From the NCBI GenBank assembly GCA_002897675.1, contig BDSU01000045.1:23282-87281 (forward strand): DNA of 64,000 bases, given 5' to 3'. The notes under the pieces are model-generated. The model made no database searches. It saw nothing but the letters and a program-made list of their open reading frames with translations, and had not been told where the DNA came from. Source of the DNA: a bacterium BMS3Abin02 (GTDB lineage Bacteria > Actinomycetota > Acidimicrobiia > Spongiisociales > UBA4744). Position numbers and translations under genes: made by a program. Shown one piece after another: positions 62,107 through 64,000 of the stretch; positions within the stretch are counted from its first letter, which is position 1, and the number at the start of each line of letters is the position of its first letter.

Positions 62107-62703
62107 TCAGCAGCGCCGGGAGCGATGTCCGCTGGACCTACGCCTTCGGCCGGTGTCGCGTCTCTCGATGCCGGCTCGGTCGGCCCGTTCTGCGTTCTGG
62201 CCGCGTCGTGACGGCGTGAGCGTCTGGCGGGGCCTTGGCTGGGCCGGTTGTCCGGCCATGGTCGCCTCGGCCGCGTCCAGATTCCAGATCGCAGTATCCA
62301 GCCGAGTGGCCAGGCGGTTCAGCTCCCTGGTGTCGTTTGGTTCGTCGAGGTCTTTCAGAATGCTTGCATAGGCGACAGACGCATCTCGGAAATGGGCGAG
62401 CACTGCCGCGTCATCCGACGTTCTGACCTGTTCTTCGAGGCGAAGGATGTCGTTCGCGACGTCGTCCAGTCGGCGGCGGAGTTCCCTCTTCGTCTCCTCC
62501 ACACGGGCCGTTCGAGAGCGTTGATTCTGCCGCCCATTCCACCAAGAGATGGTCGCCGCTGCCAGGAGGGCGACGGCCGCCAACGCGCCGAGCAACAACA
62601 GGGTCGATGACAGATCGCTGCCGCGGGAGTCGAACGCCCTGAACAGAAGGTAGAGCAGAGCGACGATGACGATGGGGGAACGGAAGGAGAACATCCTTCT
62701 CAT
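62107..62703 (-). CDS. hypothetical membrane-anchored coiled-coil protein
   Basis: Two N-terminal TM helices, then charged helical region. Start at MRRMFSFRSPIV chosen; the upstream extension overlaps the next gene. Confidence 0.3.
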   Translation of the reverse strand: MRRMFSFRSPIVIVALLYLLFRAFDSRGSDLSSTLLLLGALAAVALLAAATISWWNGRQNQRSRTARVEETKRELRRRLDDVANDILRLEEQVRTSDDAAVLAHFRDASVAYASILKDLDEPNDTRELNRLATRLDTAIWNLDAAEATMAGQPAQPRPRQTLTPSRRGQNAERADRAGIERRDTGRRRRSSGHRSRRC

Positions 62704-62758
62704 GATGGCATCTCGATTCGGATTCGACGGTGGCTCGACGGGGTGTCGAATGGGCTGC

Positions 62759-63403
62759 TCATGGTTCTGTCCGACCCTGTGGCGCGGTGGCGACGATCTC
62801 TCGCCAGACACCATCGCGTCGTACGTCTTCGAGTTCCAGGCCGGCAGCGGCCACGTTGTCTTCAGTCTGGCGGTTGATGTTGAATCCGAAGACTCTTCGT
62901 GTGATTGGGTTCAACGCGTCGAAGAGACGTGCGAGGAGCGCGTTGCGAGGGCGCACATGCTCGAGGAGCAGGACCTTCCCTCCGGGTTTGACGACCCGAG
63001 CCACCTCGCGCAAGCCTGCTACGGGGTCTGCAACGGAACAGAACACCGTGGTCGCCACCACCGTGTCGAAGCTCTCGTCGGCAAACGGAGCCTGCTGAAT
63101 GTCGGCCAGGTGGAACTCGATGGGAGCCGAGATTCGTTCGGCACGCCGCCTTGCCCGCTTCAACATGCCTTCGGAGATGTCGATACCGACGAGCTGGACA
63201 CCCTGGGGATAGTGCTCCAGGTTCTTGCCGGTGCCGACGCCCACCTCCAGGGTGGTTCCTCGCGCCCGAGACAGCAGCCGGCGTCGTCTGCGCCGCGTCC
63301 CCAGCCGCTCCAACGGCGCGTCGTACAGGTCGTAGAGAGGGGCCATCCGGTCGTAGCGGCGGGTGATCTCGGCTTGGCTCTCGACGGGACCTCGTTCAGT
63401 CAT
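62759..63403 (-). CDS. class I SAM-dependent methyltransferase (Methyltransf_11/UbiE-like)
   Basis: TLEVGVGTGKNLEHY, LVGIDISEGM, FDTVVATTVFCSV, VKPGGKVLLLEH. ATG confirmed at 63403. Confidence 0.75.
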   Translation of the reverse strand: MTERGPVESQAEITRRYDRMAPLYDLYDAPLERLGTRRRRRRLLSRARGTTLEVGVGTGKNLEHYPQGVQLVGIDISEGMLKRARRRAERISAPIEFHLADIQQAPFADESFDTVVATTVFCSVADPVAGLREVARVVKPGGKVLLLEHVRPRNALLARLFDALNPITRRVFGFNINRQTEDNVAAAGLELEDVRRDGVWREIVATAPQGRTEP

Positions 63404-63783
63404 GCGCTTTCTACGGCGGTGAGCGCCGCGACGAGGCGTGATCGGGCCTCGTCGGCGATCGGCTGGATGTCGGAGCTCTCGCTGACGGACAGCATGGCGG
63501 CGGGGTCGACGGCAGAGATCCGCGTGGCTCCGTCTTCGGTCATTCGCAGCGTCACGTTGCACGGCAGCAGGAGGCCGATGGCCGGTTCGATGTCCAGGGC
63601 CTGGTGAGCGAGGTTCGGGTTGCAGGCGCCCAGGATCTTGTAGGGCGGCGTGGTGACTCCCAACTTCGCCTCGAGCGTGGCTGCCACGTCGATTTCGGTG
63701 AGAATGCCGAAGCCCTCTGCCGTCAGCGCGGCGCGGGTTTCCTCCTCGGCGGTGGCCATGTCCGTGTCTTTGGTGATGCTCAT
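63400..63783 (-). CDS. DUF302-domain protein
   Basis: ...EGFGILTEIDVAATLEAKLGVTTPPYKILGACNPNLAHQAL... is the DUF302 core; ATGA overlap with the MTase gene. Confidence 0.55.
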   Translation of the reverse strand: MSITKDTDMATAEEETRAALTAEGFGILTEIDVAATLEAKLGVTTPPYKILGACNPNLAHQALDIEPAIGLLLPCNVTLRMTEDGATRISAVDPAAMLSVSESSDIQPIADEARSRLVAALTAVESA

Positions 63784-63909
63784 TTCGTAACCCTGCTTTT
63801 CCATGTGAAAGCCTCCTGGGTGGGTAGCGGTCGTCGTCAGGTAGTGTACGTCATCAACCCTACCCCACCCCGGGTGGGGTGCAAGTTCCCGGCATCAGGA
63901 GAATGGCCC

Positions 63910-64000
63910 ATGTTCGGATTGATCAGCTACCCCCCGATCCCCATCTTCGAGTTGGGCCCGTTGAAGCTGTCGCTGCACGGGCTCGCCGCGGGGCTCGGGT
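63910..64000 (+). CDS. lgt: partial (N-terminal 30 aa) prolipoprotein diacylglyceryl transferase-like protein; runs off the window end
   Basis: AGGAGA RBS then ATG; MFGLISYPPIPIFELGPLKLSLHGLAAGLG resembles the Lgt N-terminus (…IPSP..I..LGP..I..YAL..). Confidence 0.4.
   Translation, partial: MFGLISYPPIPIFELGPLKLSLHGLAAGLG

Noticed and set aside
62759-63403. Arsenite S-adenosylmethionine methyltransferase (ArsM) assignment for the methyltransferase near ArsR-ACR3
   Set aside because: The protein is a short UbiE/Methyltransf_11-type enzyme with a single Cys and lacks the conserved ArsM cysteine triad, so only a generic methyltransferase call is justified.

Overview
This is a high-GC window (Actinobacteria-like, perhaps Acidimicrobiia) that is densely coding on both strands. 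Most genes are cell-envelope, transport or housekeeping genes: an LCP-family (LytR-Cps2A-Psr) protein, a fused flippase-like/sugar-transferase protein, a PQQ-type beta-propeller protein, pyruvate phosphate dikinase (ppdK), an acyl-CoA dehydrogenase, udk-proC-proline dehydrogenase, several ABC transporters, tag, an ECF sigma/anti-sigma pair, and a PspC-module two-component system. The most coherent system is a minus-strand cluster (~43.1-53.3 kb) for a TAT-exported molybdopterin oxidoreductase of the Ttr/Srd/Psr type. It runs FeS subunit, NrfD-type membrane subunit, then the 1052-aa catalytic subunit, followed by a polyferredoxin. Upstream of it are a NarL-type response regulator, a sensor kinase, a separate PhnD-like periplasmic binding lipoprotein (a TorT/AioX-style split three-component sensor) and mobB. 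Immediately upstream of mobB is a rearrangement scar. A 128-bp degenerate copy of the moaA 3' end lies next to mobB, while intact moaA sits ~3 kb away beyond an inserted ABC-2 transporter pair and a decayed DDE-transposase fragment. A 49-bp palindromic interspersed repeat occurs three times, always at gene ends, and once truncates a parA gene. Other notable items are a sulfite-oxidase-family gene remnant, a tandem two-domain CXXCH lipoprotein behind an unusually AT-rich promoter with direct repeats, a palindromic operator candidate, a possible orphan structured transcript between convergent mprB-like and htrA-like genes, and an arsenic/metal island (ArsR-ACR3, NicO-like, SHOCT, DUF302). No CRISPR arrays, rRNA or tRNA genes were seen. 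All calls rest on reading the six-frame translations; no database searches were run.
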